The translations under genes were made by a program, and so were the position numbers. A DNA stretch of 17,177 nucleotides, from assembly GCA_034667685.1 (NCBI GenBank), contig JAXDQU010000044.1:1-17177 (forward strand). The letters are read 5' to 3'. Shown piece after piece: positions 1 to 6,947 of the stretch (position 1 is its first letter; each line of letters opens with the position of its first letter). A model generated the notes under the pieces. That model saw only the letters and a program-made list of their open reading frames with translations, ran no database searches and was not told the DNA's origin. Origin of the DNA: Thermoplasmata archaeon (lineage in GTDB: Archaea; Thermoplasmatota; SW-10-69-26; JACQPN01; JAJPHT01).

Positions 1-188
1 CCGCCGGCCTGCTCTCTCCGCGGGAGCGCACGGTGCTCGCGCAGGCGCGCAAGGCGGGCTACTACGACCAGCCGCGCAAGGCGGGCATCGCGCAGGTCGG
101 CGCGGCCCTCAAGATGCCCGCGAGCACGGCGCTCTACCACCTGCGCGCCGCGCAGCGCAAGCTCGTCGACGACTACCTGCGCCGCTGA
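1..188 (+). CDS. C-terminal part of an HTH_10 (bacterio-opsin activator-type) transcriptional regulator; 5' end lies outside the window
   Basis: Not in the ORF track. Frame from position 3 reads AGLLSPRERTVLAQARKAGYYDQPRKAGIAQVGAALKMPASTALYHLRAAQRKLVDDYLRR* (TGA 186-188), matching the archaeal HTH_10 pattern LTxRQxxxLxxAxxxGYYDxPR...STxxxHLRxAxxKL. Confidence 0.88.
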   Translation, partial: AGLLSPRERTVLAQARKAGYYDQPRKAGIAQVGAALKMPASTALYHLRAAQRKLVDDYLRR

Positions 189-1324
189 GCATATGCAACC
201 GCCACGCAGAGAGCGAGGGAGAGGGGGAAGGCGAGGGTCGGGGCCTTCTTCTCCGCGGGCGCGTCGCCCGAGACCGGGATGCCGGCGGTCGCGCGCGGGG
301 GCGGGATGAGCACGTTGGCCGGGTCGTAGGCCTCGGGCGAGGCGGGCGTGGGCGCGAGCGGGGGCAGCGTCGCCTTGAACGGCGAGGGGCAGCTCTCGCA
401 CGCGACGTCGACGATCTGGCCGGGCGCGACGCGGAGCTTCAGCGCGATGCCCAGGCCCGGATGCACGCGCACGCGCGTCTGGCCCACGCGGAAGACCTCG
501 GCCGCGGCGTTGCGGTCGGCCGGAAGCGGCTGCTCGTGGTAGGCGCGCCCCTCCGCGACGTTGTGGTCGCCGCGCAGCACGACCCAGACCTCCGGCGCGC
601 TGACGAGCGGCGTGAGGAGCTGCGTCTGGTTCTGCGTGACGCTCACCGTGACGACGGGCGCGCCGGCGGTGGGAGGCGTGCCGTTGGCGAGCAGGAACAC
701 GCGCGCCTCGGGCGGCTCGACGAGGCCCAGGTCGGTCCAGTCCGCGAGCCGCGCGCCCAGGAGGTTCGCGCGCGAGCCCTCCGGCCCCACCACGAGGCTG
801 AGCGTGCCGTCCGCCAGCGCGGGCATCTGCGGCGTGACGCGCAGCGTGAGCTTCTCGTGCTGGAGGAAGGCGACGTTCCCGAGTGGGATGACGGCGGCGA
901 GGGTCGCGGTGCCCGGCGCCATCACGGCCTGCCCGAGGCTCAGCGAGCGGTCCGCGCCGGAGACGGGCGCGCCATCGGCGAGGAGCTGCACGCGCACCGA
1001 GTTGCCGTTGGCGTCCTGCGCCACCATCGGCTTCGCGATCGAGAGCACGAGCCGCACGTCGAGCCCGCCGGTGGGCGTGAAGCGCTCGGGCGGCACCTGG
1101 GTGAAGTCGAGCGGCAGCGCGGCGGTGCCGGGCGTGTAGGCCGCGAACGGGACGGCGCCGGCCGAGGGCGCCGCGCGGACGATCTCGGCCGTCCCCGAAA
1201 GCCAGCCGGGCAGGTCGAGCGCCAGCGCATCGTAGACCGTCTCCGCCGGGTCGGCGTGGGCCGCGACGAGCGGAAGCCCCATCGCCAACGCCAGCCCAAG
1301 CCCCAGCCCTCTAGACCAGGACAC
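173..1324 (-). CDS. Secreted/surface protein of unknown function with a C-terminal membrane anchor resembling an archaeosortase sorting signal
   Basis: N-terminal signal peptide (…LALAMGLPLVAAHA|D), beta-rich body, CESC motif, Pro-rich linker, then KKAP + hydrophobic helix + RRR. Its start overlaps the stop of the upstream oxidase gene, suggesting an operon. Confidence 0.75.
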   Translation of the reverse strand: MSWSRGLGLGLALAMGLPLVAAHADPAETVYDALALDLPGWLSGTAEIVRAAPSAGAVPFAAYTPGTAALPLDFTQVPPERFTPTGGLDVRLVLSIAKPMVAQDANGNSVRVQLLADGAPVSGADRSLSLGQAVMAPGTATLAAVIPLGNVAFLQHEKLTLRVTPQMPALADGTLSLVVGPEGSRANLLGARLADWTDLGLVEPPEARVFLLANGTPPTAGAPVVTVSVTQNQTQLLTPLVSAPEVWVVLRGDHNVAEGRAYHEQPLPADRNAAAEVFRVGQTRVRVHPGLGIALKLRVAPGQIVDVACESCPSPFKATLPPLAPTPASPEAYDPANVLIPPPRATAGIPVSGDAPAEKKAPTLAFPLSLALCVAVAYAQRRR

Positions 1325-2564
1325 GCGGGTCCCATCCGATGAGGTCGCCCGAGTGCATGCGCATGCTCATGTGCTCCATGCCGGCGGGGCAGCCCGGGAC
1401 GCCCTGATAGCAAAGCATGGTCATGGCGCCGCCGGGGAAGATGTTGTCGTTCTGCACGTGGGAGCCGATGTTGTCGTGGAAGTCCCAGATGCCCGGGTTG
1501 TCGGCCTTGAAGTACGCGTCGATGCGCTGGCCCGGCGAGATGACGACGTTGTCCACCCAGTACGGGCTCTCCAGCAGCACGCCGTCGACGTGCGTGACGA
1601 GCACGTGGTGCCCATGCAGGTGCATGACGAACTCCTCGTTGCCCGCGTCGATCATGCGGATGCGGTACGTCTTGCCCTCCTGCACGACGAGCGGCTGCGT
1701 GTAGGGGAACGACATGCCGTTGATGAGGTACGTCTGGTAGTTCGCCGTGTAGGGCGCGTAGGTCACCGGGTACCACGAGCGGTCGGGGCGCACGGGCGTG
1801 TTGGCCTGGTCGACGATCGGGTTCACGGCCTGGTTGCGCGTGAGCACGTCGTTGGCGGTGCGTTCGCCGTAGTCCTGGTAGCTGTAGAGGTCGCCGCCCT
1901 GCGGGACCTGGCCCGTGCCCGCGACGGGCTGGCCGCCCTCGACGTGATAGCGATCCATGTCGTCGAGCATCATGAGGAACTCGCCGTCATAGTGCGGGTC
2001 CTCCTTGGGGTCCTGCGGGTCGACGATCATCGCGCCGTACATGCCCATGTCGATGTGGTGCTGCGCGTCGACGTGGCAGTGGTACCAGTAGGTGCCCGCG
2101 GGCTCGGCGACGAACTCGTAGTCGAACGACGCGCCCGGCTCGACGACCTTCTGCGTGAGGTAGGGCACGCCGTCCTGGTCGTCGGGCACGTTCTGCCCGT
2201 GGAAGTGGAGCGTGTGGTTGTAGCCGCCGACCTCGGGGTGGAAGTGGATGATGACGCGGTCGCCCTCGGTCACGCGGATCGTGGGGCCGGGCATCTGGGC
2301 CTTCGCCGCGTCGGGCGCGAACGAGAAGCCCCACATGCTCATGTTGGCGCCCGGGAAGGGGCTCATGGTCATGTTGAACAGGTAGAGGTCGAACTCCTTC
2401 GTGTGGCCCGTGGGCTTCACGTCGCGCCCCGGCGGGTGCGCCAGCATCGCGTCGGCCTTGGAGGAAGCGCTCTGCGTGGAGGCCGTCGTGACGAAGCCCA
2501 GGCAGCCCGAGAGCGCGAGCACGCCCGCGAGGCAGACGCCGAGGAGCAGACGACGGGCGTTCAT
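1311..2564 (-). CDS. Two-domain multicopper oxidase (type C 2dMCO-like), lipoprotein
   Basis: Signal RRLLLG…LALSG|C (lipobox, possible Tat). Domain 1 has HTLHFHG and YWYHCHVDAQHHIDMGM (T1 site intact). Domain 2 has FVMHLHGH and WDFHDN (no T1 site). Met/His-rich tail MEHMSMRMH. Start is ATG 2564 or TTG 2570. Confidence 0.92.
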   Translation of the reverse strand: MNARRLLLGVCLAGVLALSGCLGFVTTASTQSASSKADAMLAHPPGRDVKPTGHTKEFDLYLFNMTMSPFPGANMSMWGFSFAPDAAKAQMPGPTIRVTEGDRVIIHFHPEVGGYNHTLHFHGQNVPDDQDGVPYLTQKVVEPGASFDYEFVAEPAGTYWYHCHVDAQHHIDMGMYGAMIVDPQDPKEDPHYDGEFLMMLDDMDRYHVEGGQPVAGTGQVPQGGDLYSYQDYGERTANDVLTRNQAVNPIVDQANTPVRPDRSWYPVTYAPYTANYQTYLINGMSFPYTQPLVVQEGKTYRIRMIDAGNEEFVMHLHGHHVLVTHVDGVLLESPYWVDNVVISPGQRIDAYFKADNPGIWDFHDNIGSHVQNDNIFPGGAMTMLCYQGVPGCPAGMEHMSMRMHSGDLIGWDPRVLV

Positions 2565-2700
2565 GCGCAACGCTCGATGACCCGAGGCGGGCGGTTAAGA
2601 AGGTTGTTGTCTGCGGTCTCCCCGGCGGCACGATATAAAGACCTCGCATCGCGTGGCAGAGCGAAACGGCCTTCGCCAGCACCGGCCGTGGGTCCTTGGG

Positions 2701-3162
2701 ATGCACATGCGCGCGCCACTTCTCGCGTTGCTGGTCGTGGCGGCCTTCGTCGGCTGCACGGCGAGCGGCGCCTCGACCTCGAACTTCGACCTCAAGCCCC
2801 AGAAGATCGGCTGGTTCACCGGCGAGACGGCGCACTTCACGCTCAACATCTCCAAGAGCATGACGCACAGCGCGCCCTCCTTCACCATCGACCGGCAGTT
2901 CGCCGTCGAGGAGATCAAGTTCAACGAGAAGGGGCTCAACGTCGGGGGCAGCTTCGACACGAAGAACCCCAACGACGTGAACCTCACGCTCATGCAGAAC
3001 GGCACCGCGGGCGACGAGTTCACGCTCAACGCCACGAGCCCCAGCGTCGACGTCTACGTCAAGGTCCCCGACGGCCTGCGCAACAGCGAGTACACGCTGG
3101 AGATCAAGCTCTTCACCGTCGGCTGGATCAAGTCCGACACGTTCCGCGTGGACACCAAGTGA
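2701..3162 (+). CDS. Hypothetical lipoprotein, beta-sandwich-like
   Basis: Lipobox MRAPLLALLVVAAFVG|C, strongly biased GC3 codon usage, beta-strand-like pattern. Start is ATG 2701 or 2707. Divergent from the oxidase. Confidence 0.8.
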   Translation: MHMRAPLLALLVVAAFVGCTASGASTSNFDLKPQKIGWFTGETAHFTLNISKSMTHSAPSFTIDRQFAVEEIKFNEKGLNVGGSFDTKNPNDVNLTLMQNGTAGDEFTLNATSPSVDVYVKVPDGLRNSEYTLEIKLFTVGWIKSDTFRVDTK

Positions 3163-3906
3163 TCATCCCAGCACGGACTTCAGCCCCGCGAGCAGCAGCA
3201 CGAGCCCGAGCAGGACCTGGAGCGCGCGCAGGTTCAGCCGCTTGGCGCCCAGCCAAGAGCCGAGCAGCGCGGCGGGGATGACGACGGCGGCCATCGGCAC
3301 GAGGAACGCGCCCTCCAGCGGCTTCTGCGGAAGCTTCGCGGCGAGGCCGGCGAGCGAGTTGACGACGATGAACGCCGAGGCCACGCTGCCCGCCTCGCGC
3401 ACGTCGGCCCACCCCATCACGAGGAGCACCGGCGAGAGGAAGATGCCCCCGCCGATGCCGGTCGCGCCCGCGAGGAAACCGAGCAGCGCGCCCAGCGCAG
3501 GCGCCACGACCCAGAAGACGGGCCCGCGCGTAGGCACGCGCAGGTTGGGCAGCCGGGGCAGGAGCAGGAGGCGCGCGGCAGCCAGGAGGAGCGCGACGCC
3601 CAGGAGAAGCGCCTGCGCGTGGCCCGAGAGCGGCACGAGCCCTCCGAGGTAGGCCGCGGGGACGCTCGTCACGAGGAAGGGCAGGAGCAGGCGCCAGCGC
3701 AGGTGGCCCGCCTGGCGGAACGCGAGGAACGCGATGCCCGCCGCGAGGATGTTGAGGACGAGGACCGTCGTGGTCAGCGGCCCCGTCGCGTAGCCGGCCA
3801 GCGTGAGGACGGCGAGGTAGCTCGTGGCGCCGCCGTGCCCGACGCTGCTGTAGAGCAGCGCGCCAAGGAAGATCAGCGGGAGCAGGAAGACGAGGGGCCA
3901 GGCCAC
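3163..3906 (-). CDS. TSUP family (TauE/SafE) transporter
   Basis: About 8 TM segments with the two TSUP repeat motifs LYSSVGHGG and LAGATGIGGGIFLSPVL. Start trimmed to GTG 3906 because the upstream part of the ORF is antisense to the next gene; CTTGAT lies 30 nt upstream. Confidence 0.9.
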   Translation of the reverse strand: MAWPLVFLLPLIFLGALLYSSVGHGGATSYLAVLTLAGYATGPLTTTVLVLNILAAGIAFLAFRQAGHLRWRLLLPFLVTSVPAAYLGGLVPLSGHAQALLLGVALLLAAARLLLLPRLPNLRVPTRGPVFWVVAPALGALLGFLAGATGIGGGIFLSPVLLVMGWADVREAGSVASAFIVVNSLAGLAAKLPQKPLEGAFLVPMAAVVIPAALLGSWLGAKRLNLRALQVLLGLVLLLAGLKSVLG

Positions 3907-3950
3907 GGGGCGCGACCGCCCAGGCGCGCCATCAAGCTCATGGCTCAACG

Positions 3951-3962
3951 GGTCATTTGACC
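3951..3962. promoter_or_regulatory. Candidate operator (GGTCA-tt-TGACC) in the TSUP/ModE-like divergent intergenic region
   Basis: Perfect 5+2+5 inverted repeat directly before the regulator start codon. Short, so it could be chance. Confidence 0.35.
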
Positions 3963-3967
3963 TTCCG

Positions 3968-4567
3968 ATGTTCGGCTTCGAGGCGCGCACGCGGGCCCTG
4001 CTCGACGCGGTGCGGCGGCACGGCAACGTCGCCGCGGCCGCGCGATCGCTGGGCGTCGACGCCTCGAACGCGCGGCGCCACCTGCGCACGGCCGGAAACC
4101 GCGCGGGAGCCCGGCTCGTGGTGGCGCGCCGCGGCGGCCGGGGCGGACGCAACGCGCGGCTCACCCCGGCCGGGCTGCGCCTCGCGCGCGCAGGCGCCCT
4201 CGTCGGGACCGCGCAGGCCTACGACCCGGAGGAGGGCGTCACGCCGGTGCGCGTCGGCGCGCGCACGCTGGCCGTCGCGGGGCGCCTGGCGCCGGGGCCC
4301 GTCGAGCTGCGCGTGCCGCCCGAGAGCGTGACGCTGGAGCGGCCCGGCGCCCGCGTCGCCGCCACGAGCGCGCGCAACCGCGTCCCGGCGCACGTCGAGG
4401 CGCTCCAACGCGACGGCGAAGGAACCTGGCGCGTCAAGCTGCGCGCCGGCTCGCTCGCGCTGGAGGCGCGCGTGGTCCAGGGCTCGGTGCGCGACCTGCG
4501 GCTCCGCCCGGGCACCCGGGTCGTGGCCGTCGTGAAGGCCGTCGCGGTGGAGGCGTTCTCCGCCTAG
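3968..4567 (+). CDS. ModE-like transcriptional regulator (N-terminal wHTH + TOBE/Mop domains)
   Basis: LLDAVRRHGNVAAAARSLGV…LVVARRGGRGGRNARLT is a ModE-type HTH. TSARN…V…L…SVRDLRLRPGTRVVAVVKA is a Mop/TOBE molybdate-binding signature. Confidence 0.88.
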   Translation: MFGFEARTRALLDAVRRHGNVAAAARSLGVDASNARRHLRTAGNRAGARLVVARRGGRGGRNARLTPAGLRLARAGALVGTAQAYDPEEGVTPVRVGARTLAVAGRLAPGPVELRVPPESVTLERPGARVAATSARNRVPAHVEALQRDGEGTWRVKLRAGSLALEARVVQGSVRDLRLRPGTRVVAVVKAVAVEAFSA

Positions 4568-5373
4568 GCGCCCGCCAGCGTCACGACGAGGTCGGTGCCG
4601 AAGCCAAGCAGCACGCCCAGCGCGACCGCGCTCATGACGTAGAACCCGTCGCGCGGCGTGGGGATCTTGCGCGCGTGGTGCAGCAGCTCCTTGATGACGA
4701 AGAGGAGCGCGCCGGCCGCGAGCGCGAGGAAGGCGATGTCGAGGTACTCGCTCGTCCAGAGGCTGCCCAGGAGCGCGCCCACGAAGGTCGGGCCGCCGCC
4801 CACGAGGCCCACGAGCGCGAGGAAGCCCCACGTGGGGCGCGTGCCGTGGAGCGGCGCCGCGATGCCGAAGCCCTCGGTGGCGTTGTGGAGCGCGAAGCCG
4901 ATGGCGAGCAGCACGGCGAAGGTGAGCGCGCCGCTGGCGATGCTCGCGCCGATGGCGAGCCCCTCGCTGAAGTTGTGGAGGCCGATCCCGACCGCGATCA
5001 TGGTCGAGAGCGCGGCGGGCGTGAGCGGGAGCGCGTTGCCCTGCGCGTCGCGCTCCGCGCGGTGGTGGATGAAGCGGTACTCGAACCACACGAGGCTGAG
5101 CAGGCCCAGCGAGAGCGCGAAGGCGAAGATCGCGAGCTTGGCCCAGGCGGCCGTCCAGCCGGCGCCGCCGGCGGTCGCGGCGACGAAGCTTCCCTCGACG
5201 GGCTCCCAGCCCTTCTGGAGGACCTCGACGAGGAGGAAGATCAGGATCCCGATCGCGACCGCGTTGAGCGCCGTCTTCCACTTCGCGCCGCGCGAGATGA
5301 ACGCGACCGGCAGGCCGAGGAAGATCGTGAATCCGGCGAGGGCGCCGAGGAGGAAGACGTTCGAGGTCAGCAT
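4564..5373 (-). CDS. ZIP family divalent metal transporter (ZupT/GufA-like)
   Basis: TM4 GIGLHNFSEGLAIG and TM5 ALHNATEG metal-binding motifs, plus ALAAGALLFVIKELL. ATG at 5373. Confidence 0.93.
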   Translation of the reverse strand: MLTSNVFLLGALAGFTIFLGLPVAFISRGAKWKTALNAVAIGILIFLLVEVLQKGWEPVEGSFVAATAGGAGWTAAWAKLAIFAFALSLGLLSLVWFEYRFIHHRAERDAQGNALPLTPAALSTMIAVGIGLHNFSEGLAIGASIASGALTFAVLLAIGFALHNATEGFGIAAPLHGTRPTWGFLALVGLVGGGPTFVGALLGSLWTSEYLDIAFLALAAGALLFVIKELLHHARKIPTPRDGFYVMSAVALGVLLGFGTDLVVTLAGA

Positions 5374-5385
5374 GCGGTCACGCTT

Positions 5386-5432
5386 TTTAGGTCGGCCGAA
5401 ATTCGAAGGGACCATGTTTAGGTCGCCCGAAA
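5386..5432. promoter_or_regulatory. Two DtxR/SirR/MntR-type operator boxes upstream of the ZIP transporter
   Basis: TTTAGGTCGGCCGAAA (5386-5401) and TTTAGGTCGCCCGAAA (5417-5432) are 15/16 identical, each an imperfect palindrome one mismatch from TTTAGG-N4-CCTAAA. They flank a TATA-like CTTCGAAT on the minus strand. Confidence 0.75.
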
Positions 5433-5515
5433 CTCGGGTCGGAGGCCAGGCGTTTCGCCGAGGCTTGGTTGCCGCATGGGCAGGATGGATTTGAAGGTTG
5501 GGGCGCCGGCAAAGC

Positions 5516-6412
5516 TCACGGCAGGAGGCGGTCACGCAAGCGGTCGCGCGCGCGGTTCACGTCCGCCATGCGTCCCTCGCGCGCCGCGCGCTCCTCCGGC
5601 GCGCCCCGGTCCGGATGGTTGGCGAGCGCGAGGCGCCGGTGCGCCGCGAGCACGTCCTCCCACGTCGCGTCCTCCTCCAGGCCGAGCACGAAGTACGCCA
5701 TGTCGACGGGCATCGTGTCGTCGTCGCGCGGCGCCCGACGCGGGCGCGGCGCCTCCTTCCGCTCCTCGCGCGCCAGCTCCTCTTCCAGAGCACGGCGCTC
5801 GCGCGCGGCACGCTCGCGGCGCACGCGCGCCTGGGTCGCCTCGTCCTGCGCGCTGAGGGGCTCGCGCTCCAGCGCGCCGCAGCGCTGGCAGACGCGCCAC
5901 GTCTCCACGACGCCGTCGTTGGGGAAGCGCGCCACGCGGAAGAGGTGCGCGCCGTCGGCCGATCCGGGGCACGGCGCGCGCTGATATCGAACCGGCGTCG
6001 CGGGCACCGCCTCCTCCGCCTTGCGGGCGCGCAGGTCGAGCCGCGCCTCCGCCTCGCGCGCGTTCTGGGCCCGCGCCACGACGCGCAGCGCGTGCCAGCC
6101 CTCCGGCCGCTCCGCGATGGCCGTGTGCAGGTCGCGCACCGGCCACTGCGCGGCGCCCAGCCCCTCGATCTCCCCGAGGTCTTGCGATGCGACCGCCGCC
6201 TGGCCCGCATCGCCCTCCCATGCGACGTGCGCGACCACGCCGCGCGCGGACCGGCGTCCCCGGTTGTGCGCGCGCACGTAGAGCGTGCCCGCGCGCGTGG
6301 AGCCGCGCAGCGAAAGCTCGACCGCGAGCCGCGGCCGGCGCCACCACCAGCGCGCGCCCAGCGCGAGCGCCGCGACGAGCGCCCAGAGCAGGACGAAGAG
6401 GAGCGGATCCAA
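5516..6412 (-). CDS. Membrane-anchored J-domain (DnaJ class C) protein with a putative Zn finger
   Basis: N-terminal TM (LLFVLLWALVAALALGARWWWRR), C-x7-H…CxxC, charged coiled coil, and C-terminal J domain AYFVLGL…HRRLALANHPDRG…MADVNRARDRL. Start is TTG 6412 or GTG 6424. Confidence 0.85.
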   Translation of the reverse strand: MDPLLFVLLWALVAALALGARWWWRRPRLAVELSLRGSTRAGTLYVRAHNRGRRSARGVVAHVAWEGDAGQAAVASQDLGEIEGLGAAQWPVRDLHTAIAERPEGWHALRVVARAQNAREAEARLDLRARKAEEAVPATPVRYQRAPCPGSADGAHLFRVARFPNDGVVETWRVCQRCGALEREPLSAQDEATQARVRRERAARERRALEEELAREERKEAPRPRRAPRDDDTMPVDMAYFVLGLEEDATWEDVLAAHRRLALANHPDRGAPEERAAREGRMADVNRARDRLRDRLLP

Positions 6413-6472
6413 CGCCGCGGCCACCGCGCACGTCCCCCAAAAGGCTTCATGGCGGCGCGGGGTTCGCGGCGC

Positions 6473-6886
6473 GTGGCCCGTCCCGTCTTCCTCGCCGCTC
6501 CTGACCAGGGCGCCGGCGCGCTCGCGCTGATCGAGGGCCTGCTGCGCGAATTGCAGGTGGCGACGGGCGGCGCGCTGAAGGGCTCCGACGTCTTCGTGCC
6601 GCACCTCCAGGTCGGGGACGCGGGCGTCGAGGTGGACGGCGCGACGTGGTTCGCGCGCACGCTCGAAGGGCTCGCCTCGGCCCGTGTCGTCGTCGCGGTG
6701 CTCGACGGCCCGCAGGTGGACGAGCACGTCGCCTTCCTCCTGGGCTACGCCTTCGCGGCCGGCAAGCCCACGATCGGCTACGCGACCGACGGCCGCGCGA
6801 AGGGCGCGCTCCCCGAGGGCGCCTGCCGCGAGGTGGCGACCGACGTGCGCGGGCTCTCCGCGGCGCTGGCGCGCGTGCTCCTCTGA
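6473..6886 (+). CDS. Nucleoside 2-deoxyribosyltransferase-like protein, probably catalytically inactive
   Basis: VFLAAP…VFVP…VVVAVLDGPQVD…GYAFAAGKPTIG is the NDT/Rcl pattern, but the nucleophile Glu position is Leu. Start is GTG 6473 or ATG 6449. Confidence 0.78.
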   Translation: MARPVFLAAPDQGAGALALIEGLLRELQVATGGALKGSDVFVPHLQVGDAGVEVDGATWFARTLEGLASARVVVAVLDGPQVDEHVAFLLGYAFAAGKPTIGYATDGRAKGALPEGACREVATDVRGLSAALARVLL

Positions 6887-6947
6887 GATCGGAATGCGAA
6901 AGGCCATATCCCACCGCACGGGCTCCGTCGGATTGGATGGGATCCGC

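Noticed and set aside
1283-1310. Short tandem repeats (GCCAAC/GCCAGC/CCAAGC/CCCAGC) near the start of the surface-protein gene
   Set aside because: They simply encode the GLGLGLALA signal-peptide core; they are imperfect and not a phase-variation tract.
1311-2564. Copper nitrite reductase (nirK) call
   Set aside because: It has HxHxH and HCH in domain 1 and HLH in domain 2 as in 2dMCOs. It lacks the NirK catalytic Asp motif, and the position of the NirK domain-2 T2 His is Asn.
1353-3281. Long alternative-frame ORFs (1353..3281 +, 7750..9690 -, 7845..9692 +, 14815..16941 -, 6447..8003 - and others)
   Set aside because: They are Arg/Ala/Gly/Pro-rich with no motifs and overlap well-supported genes. 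Such ORFs are expected from stop-codon scarcity in high-GC DNA.
5418-5477. 19-codon upstream ORF (MRQPSLGETPGLRPEFRAT*) on the minus strand before the ZIP gene
   Set aside because: It has no metal-ligand residues or initiation signal at the right spacing. The region is better explained by the operator boxes.
5516-6886. Anti-phage defence system (NDT/TIR-like fold plus J-domain protein)
   Set aside because: The genes are divergent, the NDT-like protein lacks its nucleophile, and no defence or mobility genes or compositional shift are visible around them.
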